DNA of 64,000 nt from Flavobacteriaceae bacterium UBA4022 (GCA_002384055.1 DGAU01000003.1:5931-69930), one strand, 5' to 3'. Positions 28,183-37,841 are shown, counted from the first letter of the stretch. Notes: generated by a model from the sequence alone, not told the origin. Translations and numbers: made by a program.

Positions 28183-28896
28183 GTGACAAAGCCCAAAATT
28201 GTCGTCATTATTCCTGCCAAAAACGAAGCGCAAGCCATCGGCCATGTTTTGGATGAAATTCCGAAAGAGGTCAATCAAATTATTGTGGTGGACAACGCTT
28301 CCAGTGATCAGACGGCAGCAATAGCCCAAAATCATGGGGCTCTTGTCTTGACAGAATCGCGTTCGGGCTATGGATATGCCTGCAAGAGAGCCTTAAATCA
28401 CCTCAAAAAACAAGAGCAACTCAACCCGCAAGAGCGCCCAGACATTATTGTATTTCTGGACGGTGATTACAGCGATTATCCTGAGTATCTCAGTGCGCTG
28501 GTAGCACCTATTTCAGCCAAGGAATGCGACCTGGTTATTGGTGCTCGTGTTCCTGAACTCATGGAAAAGGGAGCGATGACCCCGCCGCAGCGTTTTGGCA
28601 ATTGGCTGGCCACCTTTTTGATGCGCCATTTGTTCCAGGCCAACTATAGCGATCTTGGGCCCTTTCGCGCCATCGCCTATGATCAACTATTGGCGCTCAA
28701 CATGACGGATAACACCTATGGATGGACCGTCGAAATGCAGTTGAAAGCTTTGAAACATAAGCTACGTTACACAGAGATTCCTGTTCCATACAGAAACCGT
28801 ATCGGGGTGTCCAAAGTCTCAGGAACGGTTAAAGGCGTTGTTTTTGCCGGATTCAAAATACTTGGTTGGATATTTAAATACACGCTAAAATCATGA
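28183..28896 (+). CDS. GT2-family glycosyltransferase (polyprenol-phosphate sugar transferase-like)
   Basis: GTG start. Motifs VVIIPAKNE, VVDNASSD and FLDGDYSD. Confidence 0.8.
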   Translation: MTKPKIVVIIPAKNEAQAIGHVLDEIPKEVNQIIVVDNASSDQTAAIAQNHGALVLTESRSGYGYACKRALNHLKKQEQLNPQERPDIIVFLDGDYSDYPEYLSALVAPISAKECDLVIGARVPELMEKGAMTPPQRFGNWLATFLMRHLFQANYSDLGPFRAIAYDQLLALNMTDNTYGWTVEMQLKALKHKLRYTEIPVPYRNRIGVSKVSGTVKGVVFAGFKILGWIFKYTLKS

Positions 28897-30377
28897 GCTG
28901 GGAGATCTTGCTGATCGTTGGTTATGTGACTGCCTTGACTATTATTTTCGTCTTTGCACTGACACAGATCCACCTATTACGGTATTACCTCAAGGCCTCT
29001 AAAACTGCTGCCAATGTACCGCAATGGGACCTCTCACAGGAGCGCGACTGTCCGAAAGTGACCGTGCAACTACCCCTATACAATGAGGCCAATGTGGTAG
29101 AGCGACTTCTGGCCTGCATCATGCAATTGGATTACCCCAAAGAGGCATTAGATATTCAGATTTTAGATGACTCCACAGACGAAACCTCATCGCTCATCGA
29201 AGCCCTACTGCCTCAATATCTAGAGAGGGGACACAACATAAAGCACATCACTCGAGCGCAGCGTACGGGTTACAAAGCAGGGGCTTTAAAAGAAGGGCTC
29301 GTGTCGGCTCAAGGGGCATTCATTGCTATTTTTGATGCAGATTTTTTGCCCGATCCATTATGGCTCAAACGCACCATCCCATTTTTTAAAAACCCAGAAA
29401 TCAGTACCGTTCAAACCCGATGGGCCCATATCAATCATAATGCCTCGCTACTGACCAAGATTCAGGCGTTTGCTCTAGACATTCATTTTACCCTTGAGCA
29501 ATTGGGCAGAAATACTTTGGGTTATTTCATTAACTTCAATGGGACGGCAGGTGTCTGGCGCAAAACGGCCATCCGCGACGCCGGAAACTGGCAAGGAGAC
29601 ACCCTAACCGAAGATTTGGACCTGAGTTATCGTGCACAGCTGCGCTCCTGGAAAATCCTCTACTTACCGCACATCAGCACACCTGCGGAGTTGCCCATGA
29701 CCATTGAAGCCGCGCGTGCACAACAATTCAGATGGAACAAGGGCGGTGCTGAAAACTTTCAAAAGTCCATCAGAAAGGTGTTGCATCATCCTGGGCTCAC
29801 AAGGGGGCAAAAATTTCATGGGGCAGTTCATCTACTGAGCAGCACACTGTTCTTGCAGGTATTTGTGCTGGCCCTGCTGAGTGTACCCTTGCTGGTTGTC
29901 AAACAAAGGCACCCAGAACTGGTTGGGCTATTTTGGGTGATGAATGCCTTTGGCATGACCACCTTGATGTTGTTCCTCACTTATGGCACACTACATCAAA
30001 GCCTCTACGGTCGATCCTTAAAAACATGGCTAAACTTTATACCCCTATTTTTTAGCTTTTTTTCCATTGCCCTGGGCTTCTCACTGAATAACTCCAGAGC
30101 CGTACTTGAAGGCCACTGGGGTAAAAAATCGGGATTCGTGCGCACACCAAAATTCAATATCGTCTCATCTGAGACAAGTCAAGCTAAGAAAAACTACAGC
30201 AGAAAAATCCCATGGATACCCGTGTTACTCGAAGGACTCATGATGACTTACTTCGGCTGGGGGCTATATTTGGCCTTTCATATGGGTGATCAAGGCGATT
30301 TTGGTTTGTTCGCATTTCACCTTATGGCGGCATTTGGTTTCGGATATCTCTTTTTTAAAAGTATTTTTACCCCATAA
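28893..30377 (+). CDS. Membrane GT2 processive beta-glycosyltransferase (cellulose-synthase-like / glycolipid-synthase-like)
   Basis: ATGA overlap with the upstream GT2. D,D,D,QxxRW signature: VQLPLYNE, ILDDSTD, FDADF, TEDLDLSYRA, RAQQFRWNKG. Has N- and C-terminal TM helices. Confidence 0.8.
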   Translation: MSWEILLIVGYVTALTIIFVFALTQIHLLRYYLKASKTAANVPQWDLSQERDCPKVTVQLPLYNEANVVERLLACIMQLDYPKEALDIQILDDSTDETSSLIEALLPQYLERGHNIKHITRAQRTGYKAGALKEGLVSAQGAFIAIFDADFLPDPLWLKRTIPFFKNPEISTVQTRWAHINHNASLLTKIQAFALDIHFTLEQLGRNTLGYFINFNGTAGVWRKTAIRDAGNWQGDTLTEDLDLSYRAQLRSWKILYLPHISTPAELPMTIEAARAQQFRWNKGGAENFQKSIRKVLHHPGLTRGQKFHGAVHLLSSTLFLQVFVLALLSVPLLVVKQRHPELVGLFWVMNAFGMTTLMLFLTYGTLHQSLYGRSLKTWLNFIPLFFSFFSIALGFSLNNSRAVLEGHWGKKSGFVRTPKFNIVSSETSQAKKNYSRKIPWIPVLLEGLMMTYFGWGLYLAFHMGDQGDFGLFAFHLMAAFGFGYLFFKSIFTP

Positions 30378-30424
30378 ACCTGACGACCATTATCCTTTTT
30401 AACAGGCATCTTACTTGTACCCTA

Positions 30425-31351
30425 ATGCTATGGCTATGGAGCAGCGCCGCCCTATGGAGTCAAGACACTATACCCAAAGCTCACGTTATAGATCAAGGGC
30501 CTTTGTACGAGAACCTGTTTGAACTCCGTGAGGATAATGACTTTTTACATTTCACAGACCGTTATTACAGCACAGGAACCTTTCTTGGTTTGCGCCGCTG
30601 GTTACCGCCAAGCCAGGATAGCCTGACCACCAAGCAATACTCAATGTTCTTGTACCAAGAAATCTATACCCCAACCGATTTGTTGACCGACAAACCCAAA
30701 TTTATGGACCGGCCTTACGGAGGATTTTTGGGACTCTCTAACGAATTACTTTTGGCAAAAGCCGACAGGGCGCATGATATCAAATGGGTCATGGGCATAG
30801 CTGGACCATGGTCGGGCTCAGAAACAGTACAGAGTGCTTTTCATAACTCGGCGACCGTCGATTCAAAAATTGCTACCTGGGGCGCGCAGATCGACAATAG
30901 TTTTCATCTCAATTTATATTATCACTATACGCGGGAATGGCAGTGGAATGGAGATCCATTTCGGGTTTATTTTGCCTGGAATCCGATCACGGCACTCGGC
31001 AGCAAAGACACCTATTTAGAAAATGACTTGGTGTTTTATTTTGGGAGACGCCAACCGCTTCAAAAATCGATGGCCTACAAACAACTTTTAGGGCGCAAAA
31101 ACGAGTTGTTTTTCGCGACACGGTTTGGCCACCGTTATGTCCTTCATGATGGCATGCTCCAAGGCAATTTGTTCGGAGACCAGTCAGAATATACGGTACG
31201 CCCTTACCCGATGCTATATTTTTTTAGTGTAGGATTCTTTGCACGCTTCGAGCGCCATGACCTGCAGTTGAACTACCATTATGAATCGGCAAGAAATAGA
31301 GCCGCTGACCCGCATCTTTATGTCTCGCTATCCTATAGCAAACGTTACTAA
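30425..31351 (+). CDS. LpxR-like (DUF2219) outer-membrane protein, possible lipid A deacylase
   Basis: FTDRYYSTGTFLG motif and a beta-barrel-like alternating pattern. The frame is open upstream to about 30371, so the true (non-ATG) start may be earlier. Confidence 0.6.
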   Translation: MLWLWSSAALWSQDTIPKAHVIDQGPLYENLFELREDNDFLHFTDRYYSTGTFLGLRRWLPPSQDSLTTKQYSMFLYQEIYTPTDLLTDKPKFMDRPYGGFLGLSNELLLAKADRAHDIKWVMGIAGPWSGSETVQSAFHNSATVDSKIATWGAQIDNSFHLNLYYHYTREWQWNGDPFRVYFAWNPITALGSKDTYLENDLVFYFGRRQPLQKSMAYKQLLGRKNELFFATRFGHRYVLHDGMLQGNLFGDQSEYTVRPYPMLYFFSVGFFARFERHDLQLNYHYESARNRAADPHLYVSLSYSKRY

Positions 31352-32583
31352 AATTCTATCTGAACTTTGAGCGTTTGGTCATCGCGTTCAATAACTGCTT
31401 GCGTCTTGTCCCCTCCAGAAAAACTAGAAAGCGCGCGCATATAGCTCATCATGTCGGTCACCGTACTGTCGCCCAAACGCACTACGACATCGCCCTTCTG
31501 CAACCCTGCCTTTTGGGCTGGCTTGTCTTGGCTAACGCCGTCGATACGCATCCCTGACCCTGTAAACAAGTAATCAGGTACCACGCCAAGACCGACTTTA
31601 AAACGAGGCGTTTCTTCGCTCTCGTTTTTGGTTTTTCTGAAGGTCAATTTGGGATCATCGTCTAGGTCATTAATGACCGCCAAAATATAGGTCCCAATTT
31701 TTTCCATTCCAGCATAATTTATTTTTTCCGCATCATCTGAAGGCTTGTGGTAATCTTCGTGTTGACCCGTAAAAAAGTGCAAAACAGGAAGATCCACAAG
31801 ATAAAAAGAAGTGTGGTCACTGGGCCCCACACCGCTTTCATGTTCGGCGATAGTCAAGCCTTGGTCGTTGTTGGCAAATAGAACTTGCTTAAATATAGGT
31901 GAGGTACCCACCCCGTGTACCGCCACTGTCTCTTCTTGATTCAGGCGGCCGACCATGTCCATATTAATCATGAAATTCACTTCAGCCAAATCAATCGTCG
32001 GGTTCTTGGCAAAATAATTGGACCCCAACAAGCCTTTTTCTTCACCCGCAAATCCAATAAAAAGATAGTTGGTTTGGCTCGTTGGCTCATCCTTTAAAGC
32101 CTGTGCTAAATACAGCATCAAGGCAACACCACTGGCGTTATCGTCTGCACCATTGTGGATACTGGGTATGGTGTCACGAAATAAAGAGCCTTCGCCACCA
32201 TAGCCGAGGTGGTCCAAATGAGCACCTATAACGACCGTTTTATCTGCATTACGGTCTAAGTAACCTATGACGTTAATGCCTTGCCCTGTAGCCGAAGTTA
32301 CCGAGTCAACAATTTGGTTGGTCTGGTGCGGATTGCTCCCTTGCTTAAAGTTAAAAGTTTGAAAATACCCCGAATCTCCTTTTTGTTCTAGCCCAATAGC
32401 CGCAAAACGCTCTGCTAGATACGCAGTAGCCATTTTCTCTCCTTTGGTTCCCGATTCACGCCCCTCCAAAGCATCTGAAGCAAGGTAATAAACATCATCT
32501 TGAAGGGTCACCTTGGGTCCATTTTGCGGACTTTGGCAAGAAACTAAAATCAGAATCGAAAAAAGAGGGAAAATTGCACGCAT
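31348..32583 (-). CDS. M28-family aminopeptidase lipoprotein with C-terminal PDZ domain
   Basis: The ATG at 32583 gives MRAIFPLFSILILVSC. M28 metal-ligand regions GAHLDHLGYG, GADDNASG, GFAGEEKGLLGS and MINMDMVG. PDZ segment GVSQDKPAQKAGLQKGDVVVRLG. Confidence 0.85.
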   Translation of the reverse strand: MRAIFPLFSILILVSCQSPQNGPKVTLQDDVYYLASDALEGRESGTKGEKMATAYLAERFAAIGLEQKGDSGYFQTFNFKQGSNPHQTNQIVDSVTSATGQGINVIGYLDRNADKTVVIGAHLDHLGYGGEGSLFRDTIPSIHNGADDNASGVALMLYLAQALKDEPTSQTNYLFIGFAGEEKGLLGSNYFAKNPTIDLAEVNFMINMDMVGRLNQEETVAVHGVGTSPIFKQVLFANNDQGLTIAEHESGVGPSDHTSFYLVDLPVLHFFTGQHEDYHKPSDDAEKINYAGMEKIGTYILAVINDLDDDPKLTFRKTKNESEETPRFKVGLGVVPDYLFTGSGMRIDGVSQDKPAQKAGLQKGDVVVRLGDSTVTDMMSYMRALSSFSGGDKTQAVIERDDQTLKVQIEF

Positions 32584-32588
32584 ATCTT

Positions 32589-32606
32589 TATTTTTGCACA
32601 AAAATA
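32589..32606. promoter_or_regulatory. Back-to-back Bacteroidetes -7 boxes (TAnnTTTG) forming an 18-bp palindrome
   Basis: TATTTTTGcaCAAAAATA. The plus-strand box (32589-32596) lies 19 nt before the ATG at 32615. The minus-strand box (32606-32599) lies 16 nt before the ATG at 32583. Confidence 0.4.
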
Positions 32607-32614
32607 GCTTAAAA

Positions 32615-33718
32615 ATGAGAAAATTTCTACCCCTACTCCTTCTTTCTCTTATTTGGAGTTGCAAAAATAATCCAGAACAGCAAACTCCTGTGAATGTGGC
32701 GCAAGAAGATGCCGTTACGATGTCTGGACTCATCTACCCCGAAGAGACGCATTTCAAATCTTTACGTCAAGTTACTTTTGGCGGTGATAATGCAGAGGCA
32801 TACTGGAGTTTTGATGACCAGCAGATTGTCTTTCAATCCAATTACAGCGAATGGGGCGTTGGTTGTGACCAGATGTTCTTGATGGATGCTACACAAGAAT
32901 TTTCAGCCACACAACCACCTATGATCAGTACCGGTAAAGGACGTACCACCTGTGCTTATTTCTTGCCAGATAACCAACATTTTGTTTATGCCTCCACGCA
33001 TTTGGCTGATGAGAATTGTCCTGAAGTTCCCTTGCGCAAAAACGGTAATTACGTTTGGCCAGTCTACGACAGCTTTGATATTTTTGTGGCGGATCTAGAA
33101 GGAAACATTACGGGACAGCTCACCAATGAGCCCGGTTACGACGCCGAAGCCACCGTATCACCAAAAGGCGATAAAATTGTTTTCACCTCCACCAGAAGTG
33201 GAGATTTGGAACTGTACACCATGAATATTGACGGCTCTGAAGTGACCCAAATTACTGATGAATTGGGATATGATGGCGGCGCCTTTTTCTCCCCAGATGG
33301 GACCCAGCTTATTTTTCGCTCTTCCCGTCCAAAAACACCACAGGCTATCAAAAAATACAAGGATCTTTTGGCCCAAGGACTCGTGGAGCCTACCGAAATG
33401 GAACTATACATCTGTGATGCTGACGGAAGTAATCTCAGACAGTTGACCCGATTAGGAAACGCGAACTGGAGCCCATTTTTCCATCCCAGCGGCGATAAAA
33501 TTTTGTTCTCGAGCAATTTTGAAGCGGAACGCGGTTTCCCATTCAATCTGTACTTGATCGATACCGACGGGAAAAATCTCAAACGCATTACCCATGGAGA
33601 AACCTTTGATGCCTTCCCTGTATTTAGCAATGATGGACGCTACCTGGTTTTCTCTTCGAACCGAAACAACGGCGGGACACGCGACACTAATTTATTCATT
33701 GCCGAATGGCAAGACTAA
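32615..33718 (+). CDS. TolB-like PD40 beta-propeller lipoprotein
   Basis: The ATG at 32615 gives MRKFLPLLLLSLIWSC. Repeated PD40 motifs (VSPKGDKIVFTSTRSGDLELY, FFSPDGTQLIFRSSR, FHPSGDKILFSSN, VFSNDGRYLVFSSNRN). Confidence 0.8.
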   Translation: MRKFLPLLLLSLIWSCKNNPEQQTPVNVAQEDAVTMSGLIYPEETHFKSLRQVTFGGDNAEAYWSFDDQQIVFQSNYSEWGVGCDQMFLMDATQEFSATQPPMISTGKGRTTCAYFLPDNQHFVYASTHLADENCPEVPLRKNGNYVWPVYDSFDIFVADLEGNITGQLTNEPGYDAEATVSPKGDKIVFTSTRSGDLELYTMNIDGSEVTQITDELGYDGGAFFSPDGTQLIFRSSRPKTPQAIKKYKDLLAQGLVEPTEMELYICDADGSNLRQLTRLGNANWSPFFHPSGDKILFSSNFEAERGFPFNLYLIDTDGKNLKRITHGETFDAFPVFSNDGRYLVFSSNRNNGGTRDTNLFIAEWQD

Positions 33719-33727
33719 ACTAGCAAC

Positions 33728-35107
33728 ATGAACCACAAGAAACAACCCCTGATGCTGCATTATGGGGTTGTTTTTGTTTTGTGTCTGATCTACGGCTACT
33801 TTGCCTATTTCTTAGAACGGGCGCAGACCACTTATCTGTTGCTGGGCTTTTGTTCCCTTTGGGGCCTGAGCGCCTATATCATCGCACGCTCCCCAAGAAA
33901 TTGGCGCTGGGACCTCAGTATTGGTTTGCTCTTTAGACTGACCATGCTGGCCGCCCTTCCCAATCTTTCCCAGGATTTTTACCGTTTTATTTGGGATGGT
34001 TACCTCACCGCGCATGGACTGAATCCATACCTATATGCCCCCGTAGAAATACTTCGCGACCCCTCCCTTATTGACCTAGTGGTGCCCAATGGCAATGCAC
34101 TGGTTACCGGCATGGGATCCTTGAATGCTGGTCATTTTACCAATTATCCTCCCATCATGCAGTGGCTTTTTGCTGTACCGCATTGGCTGGGTATCAAGGC
34201 ACTTTTAAGTCAGGTCATCTCTCTTAGAATACTGCTTATTGCAGCAGACATCGTTGTGTTTTTTGCTGGAAGAGGTTTGCTCAAACAGCTTGACCTGCCA
34301 CAGCACAGAATCAACTGGTATTTCTTGAATCCCTTTATTATTATTGAACTCAGCGGGAATCTACATTTTGAAGGCGTCATGCTTTGTGCCCTTACGTTGG
34401 GCCTATTGGCCCTGTCTTACCAACGCTACTCATGGGCTGGGTGGAGCATTGGCGCATCCGTCCTGATCAAGCTCATTCCCTTAATGTTCTTGCCCCTACT
34501 GTTGCGACATATCGCTCATCCTTTAAAATCCTTTCGGTCATACGCTAAGGGGATTTCTCTATTTATGGCCAGTATCACCCTTGTTTTTCTTATTGCTGTT
34601 TTGCCTTACGCCTCTGGCTATGGTTGGCAACACTATACCCAGACAACTGCTTTGTGGTTCACCAATTTTGAATTTAACGCCAGTGTGTATTATCTGATCC
34701 GTTGGGTCGGCTATCAGTGGGTTGGCTATAACCTCATTGGTCTGGTGGGTCCCGCATTATCACTCATGGTCTTTGCTGGGATTCTGACGCTCGCCTGGGC
34801 AAACGATCTATCCAAAATAAGCGGACTGATCAAGGTCATGCTCTGGTCAATAGCACTTTATCTGCTGCTGGCTACAACGGTTCACCCCTGGTATTGGGCC
34901 ACCCCCTTATTATTGAGTCTCTTCACAAGCTACCGCTTCGCCATACTAGGATCCTTGCTGATCATGTTGAGTTATACCGGCTATCATGAATCAGGAGTTC
35001 AGGAGCATGCGGTTTGGCTCACGCTTGAGTATCTTGGGATTTTTGGACTGGCCTTTTATGAAATTCTTAAAAAATCTAAACCAAGAACACCTCACCTGGC
35101 TCCTTGA
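33728..35107 (+). CDS. GT-C-fold integral membrane glycosyl(mannosyl)transferase-like protein (PIG-M/DUF2029-like)
   Basis: 459 aa with more than 10 TM helices. The first-loop acidic motif QDFYRFIWDGYLTAHGLNPY resembles GT-C mannosyltransferases. Confidence 0.6.
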   Translation: MNHKKQPLMLHYGVVFVLCLIYGYFAYFLERAQTTYLLLGFCSLWGLSAYIIARSPRNWRWDLSIGLLFRLTMLAALPNLSQDFYRFIWDGYLTAHGLNPYLYAPVEILRDPSLIDLVVPNGNALVTGMGSLNAGHFTNYPPIMQWLFAVPHWLGIKALLSQVISLRILLIAADIVVFFAGRGLLKQLDLPQHRINWYFLNPFIIIELSGNLHFEGVMLCALTLGLLALSYQRYSWAGWSIGASVLIKLIPLMFLPLLLRHIAHPLKSFRSYAKGISLFMASITLVFLIAVLPYASGYGWQHYTQTTALWFTNFEFNASVYYLIRWVGYQWVGYNLIGLVGPALSLMVFAGILTLAWANDLSKISGLIKVMLWSIALYLLLATTVHPWYWATPLLLSLFTSYRFAILGSLLIMLSYTGYHESGVQEHAVWLTLEYLGIFGLAFYEILKKSKPRTPHLAP

Positions 35108-35489
35108 AGACCTTAAATTCGATGACATAGCCATTAGGGTCTTTGATAAAAAAAGATTTATGCGCACCGATACGACCGGTCAAAAATTCTGCCGTATCGA
35201 TGAATAAAAAATCCTCATTACTGAGCCTCTGATATAAGACATCATATTGTTCTAAGGGCAAAACCACACCAAAATGAAAAGAGGGGAGTACCGTCTTTTC
35301 AAAGCTATAGTTCGGGTAGTCAAAACGATACGCACCACATTTAGTAAAGGTGATTTGATGGCCAAATAAATCAATGTCCATCCAAAGGTTAGATTTTCGG
35401 CCTACAGAAGCACCTATTATTTTGGTGTAAAAATTGCGCGTGGCCTCCAAATGGCGACATGGCAAAGAGACATGGAACTGATGCATCAC
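35076..35489 (-). CDS. VOC (glyoxalase/bleomycin-resistance/dioxygenase) family protein
   Basis: 137 aa. The N-terminus FHVSLPCRHLEATRNFYTKIIG and C-terminus FFIKDPNGYVIEFK are typical of the VOC beta-alpha-beta-beta-beta module. Confidence 0.7.
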   Translation of the reverse strand: MMHQFHVSLPCRHLEATRNFYTKIIGASVGRKSNLWMDIDLFGHQITFTKCGAYRFDYPNYSFEKTVLPSFHFGVVLPLEQYDVLYQRLSNEDFLFIDTAEFLTGRIGAHKSFFIKDPNGYVIEFKVFKEPGEVFLV

Positions 35490-35575
35490 GATAAAGGGTT
35501 AATAAGTTAAATTCTCAAAGAAAATTAAGGTAATTTTCGATTTGATAAATGCGGCCAAACCAACATTTATGAACA

Positions 35576-35611
35576 TAAAAAAGTTGGTAACCTTAGATTA
35601 CCAACTTTTTT
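35576..35611 (-). terminator. Terminator of the polyamine operon (bidirectional shape)
   Basis: 8-bp stem gttggtaa (35583-35590) / ttaccaac (35598-35605), flanked by an A-run on one side and a T-run on the other. Lies 23 nt downstream of the stop at 35634 on the minus strand. Confidence 0.7.
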
Positions 35612-35633
35612 ATATTCCATCATCAACTACGCT

Positions 35634-35939
35634 CTAGTAATCTTCGGATTCATCGGATGACTCATCCGCTACCTCGGGCGTTTCCGTCTCATTTTCGTCG
35701 CTATCGTCGCAGTCGCTATCGTCTTCTTGAAAAAGTTCCATGGTGTCCAACAAGCGCTTACTGACTTTAACCAAATAAATGGTGTCTTCAGTTCTCACCT
35801 CAACCGCTTCTATCGTTTCATTTTGTGCATTCTTGAAGGCAATGATGTCTTCTGAATCATAACCATAGGGGAACTTTTGGACCAATAGATCCAATATTTC
35901 CTTATTGAGTTTTTTATAATCTACAATAACGCGTCTCAT
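35634..35939 (-). CDS. Hypothetical protein with strongly acidic C-terminal tail
   Basis: 101 aa. Its start lies 2 nt after the stop of the deoxyhypusine-synthase-like gene. Tail sequence EDDSDCDDSDENETETPEVADESSDESEDY. Confidence 0.6.
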   Translation of the reverse strand: MRRVIVDYKKLNKEILDLLVQKFPYGYDSEDIIAFKNAQNETIEAVEVRTEDTIYLVKVSKRLLDTMELFQEDDSDCDDSDENETETPEVADESSDESEDY

Positions 35940-35941
35940 GA

Positions 35942-36916
35942 TTAATCGTTTAAAAGGTAAGCAAAAATGAGTGGGGCAACAATGGTTGCATCGCTTTCAA
36001 TGATGTACTTAGGCGTGTCAATATCGAGCTTGCCCCAAGTTATTTTTTCGTTAGGGACCGCCCCTGAATAACTACCATAACTGGTTGTTGAGTCACTGAT
36101 TTGACAGAAATAACTCCAAAAAGGAGTGTCGGTACGTTCCATATCTTGATATAACATGGGCACGACACAAATTGGGAAATCACCAGCGATACCACCACCG
36201 ATTTGAAAAAATCCAATCCCTTTGTCCGAGTTATGCGTGTACCAATCGGCCAGGAAGGTCATGTATTCAATCCCTGATTTCATGGTTGAGGCATGAAGCG
36301 TTCCTTTGAGTACATAGCTGGCAAAAATATTCCCCATCGTACTGTCTTCCCATCCCGGAACTACCATCGGCAAGTTCTTCTGTGCTGCGGCATACATCCA
36401 AGAATCCTTCAAATCAATTTCATAATACTCCTCCAATACCCCACTGAGCAAGAGCTGGTACATAAATTCGTGCGGAAAATAACGTTCGCCCTTATCTTCA
36501 GCCGACTTCCACAAATCAAAAATATGGGTCTGCAAACGGCGGAAAGCTTCTTCCTCAGGAATACAAGTGTCGGTAACACGGTTGAGGCCACGCTCGAGTA
36601 AATCCCACTCTTGCTGTGGGGTAAGATCTCGGTAATTCGGCACGCGCTCATAATGTGAATGCGCCACAAGATTCATCACGTCCTCTTCAAGGTTTGCCCC
36701 GGTGGAAGAGATGATATGTACTTTGTCTTGGCGAATAATCTCAGCAAAACTCTTGCCTAATTCGGCGGTACTCATGGCTCCAGCCAAGGACACCAACATC
36801 TTGGATCCAGCGGCTAATTGCGCTTCGTATCCCTTAGCAGCATCAACCAAAGCAGCTGCATTAAAATGCAGATAGTGTTTTTGAATGAACTGAGAAATTG
36901 GTCCTTTATGCATCAT
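35942..36916 (-). CDS. Deoxyhypusine synthase-like protein (probable homospermidine synthase-type enzyme)
   Basis: 324 aa with DHS-family look (LAGAMSTAELG, IISSTGANLEEDV, FFQIGGGIAGDFPI). Overlaps speB by 11 nt. Confidence 0.8.
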   Translation of the reverse strand: MMHKGPISQFIQKHYLHFNAAALVDAAKGYEAQLAAGSKMLVSLAGAMSTAELGKSFAEIIRQDKVHIISSTGANLEEDVMNLVAHSHYERVPNYRDLTPQQEWDLLERGLNRVTDTCIPEEEAFRRLQTHIFDLWKSAEDKGERYFPHEFMYQLLLSGVLEEYYEIDLKDSWMYAAAQKNLPMVVPGWEDSTMGNIFASYVLKGTLHASTMKSGIEYMTFLADWYTHNSDKGIGFFQIGGGIAGDFPICVVPMLYQDMERTDTPFWSYFCQISDSTTSYGSYSGAVPNEKITWGKLDIDTPKYIIESDATIVAPLIFAYLLND

Positions 36917-37841
36917 TTTCTTGGTTATTAAATTTGGCTAATGGCTTTTTGGGCTCATTAAAATTACTTTCAAAAACCTGCTCAGAAGTCACGCCTTCGA
37001 ACTTATAGCTCAACATTTTATAATACAGCTTTGCCGCTAAAAAGTCCGAAGATTTTTCTTCAGGACGCGGGCACAATTCGACGATGTCGAAGCCTACTAC
37101 ATTTCTCTCTTTGAAGACCTGTCGCAAAAAGGCAAGGGTTTCATACCAAAGCATCCCTCCTGGTTCCGGCGTCCCTGTTGAGGGCATGATAGAAGGATCT
37201 AAGGCATCTAGATCGAAGGTAATAAAAACGTTATCACCCAAAGCCTCTATGACACTGTCCATCCAATACTCATCGGTTGCCATTTCGTGGGCAAACCAAG
37301 TCTTTTCTGGATCAAGCACCCTGGTTTCAGCCACATCCATACTGCGGATCCCTACTTGAATCAAATTGGTTTCTTGACTCGCCTGATAAAGCGCACAGGC
37401 ATGATTGCAGGCAGAACCTTCGTATGTAGCGCGAAGGTCGGCATGAGCATCAATGTGCAGCACAGTGAGATCATCAAAGCACTCATTAAATGCTCTAATG
37501 GTCCCGATGGAAATACTATGCTCTCCACCAAAAATCGTCACAAATTTATTGCGCAAAATATATTCTTTTACGCGCTTATGCACCTGATAAACCACATCCT
37601 CAGGCTCTGTAAAACCTTCTATGGGCGGGCTCAAATAAATTCCTTGCTTGTATACCTCGGACCCGGTTTCAATATCGTACAATTCCATGTTTTCTGAAGC
37701 GCTTAAAAAGGCCTCTGGCCCCTTATCAGCCCCCTTTTGCCAAGTACTTGTCCCGTCGTAAGGAACGGGAATCAAAACGATTTTACTGGTTTCGATAACG
37801 GCATGCACTGCTGGTATTCCAGCATAAGTTTTAATGTTCAT
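36906..37841 (-). CDS. speB: Agmatinase (ureohydrolase family)
   Basis: Mn-ligand motifs GGEHS, HIDAHADL, TFDLDALDP and DIVEL. Confidence 0.85.
   Translation of the reverse strand: MNIKTYAGIPAVHAVIETSKIVLIPVPYDGTSTWQKGADKGPEAFLSASENMELYDIETGSEVYKQGIYLSPPIEGFTEPEDVVYQVHKRVKEYILRNKFVTIFGGEHSISIGTIRAFNECFDDLTVLHIDAHADLRATYEGSACNHACALYQASQETNLIQVGIRSMDVAETRVLDPEKTWFAHEMATDEYWMDSVIEALGDNVFITFDLDALDPSIMPSTGTPEPGGMLWYETLAFLRQVFKERNVVGFDIVELCPRPEEKSSDFLAAKLYYKMLSYKFEGVTSEQVFESNFNEPKKPLAKFNNQENDA

Noticed and set aside
35076-35107. 32-nt convergent overlap of the 3' ends of the GT-C membrane gene and the VOC gene (also 4-nt convergent overlaps at 31348-31351 and 45570-45573).
   Set aside because: Short convergent overlaps are common in compact genomes. 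There is no evidence of antisense regulation beyond the lack of room for a terminator.
5699-37697. Many 60-210-aa antisense or out-of-frame ORFs inside large genes (for example 5699-6130, 8620-8946, 9725-10138, 10270-10908, 12086-12430, 14006-14449, 14991-15449, 21680-22246, 22500-23066, 33136-33630, 37287-37697).
   Set aside because: Each is fully embedded in a longer ORF that has clear family motifs. They are shadow frames typical of this codon usage.
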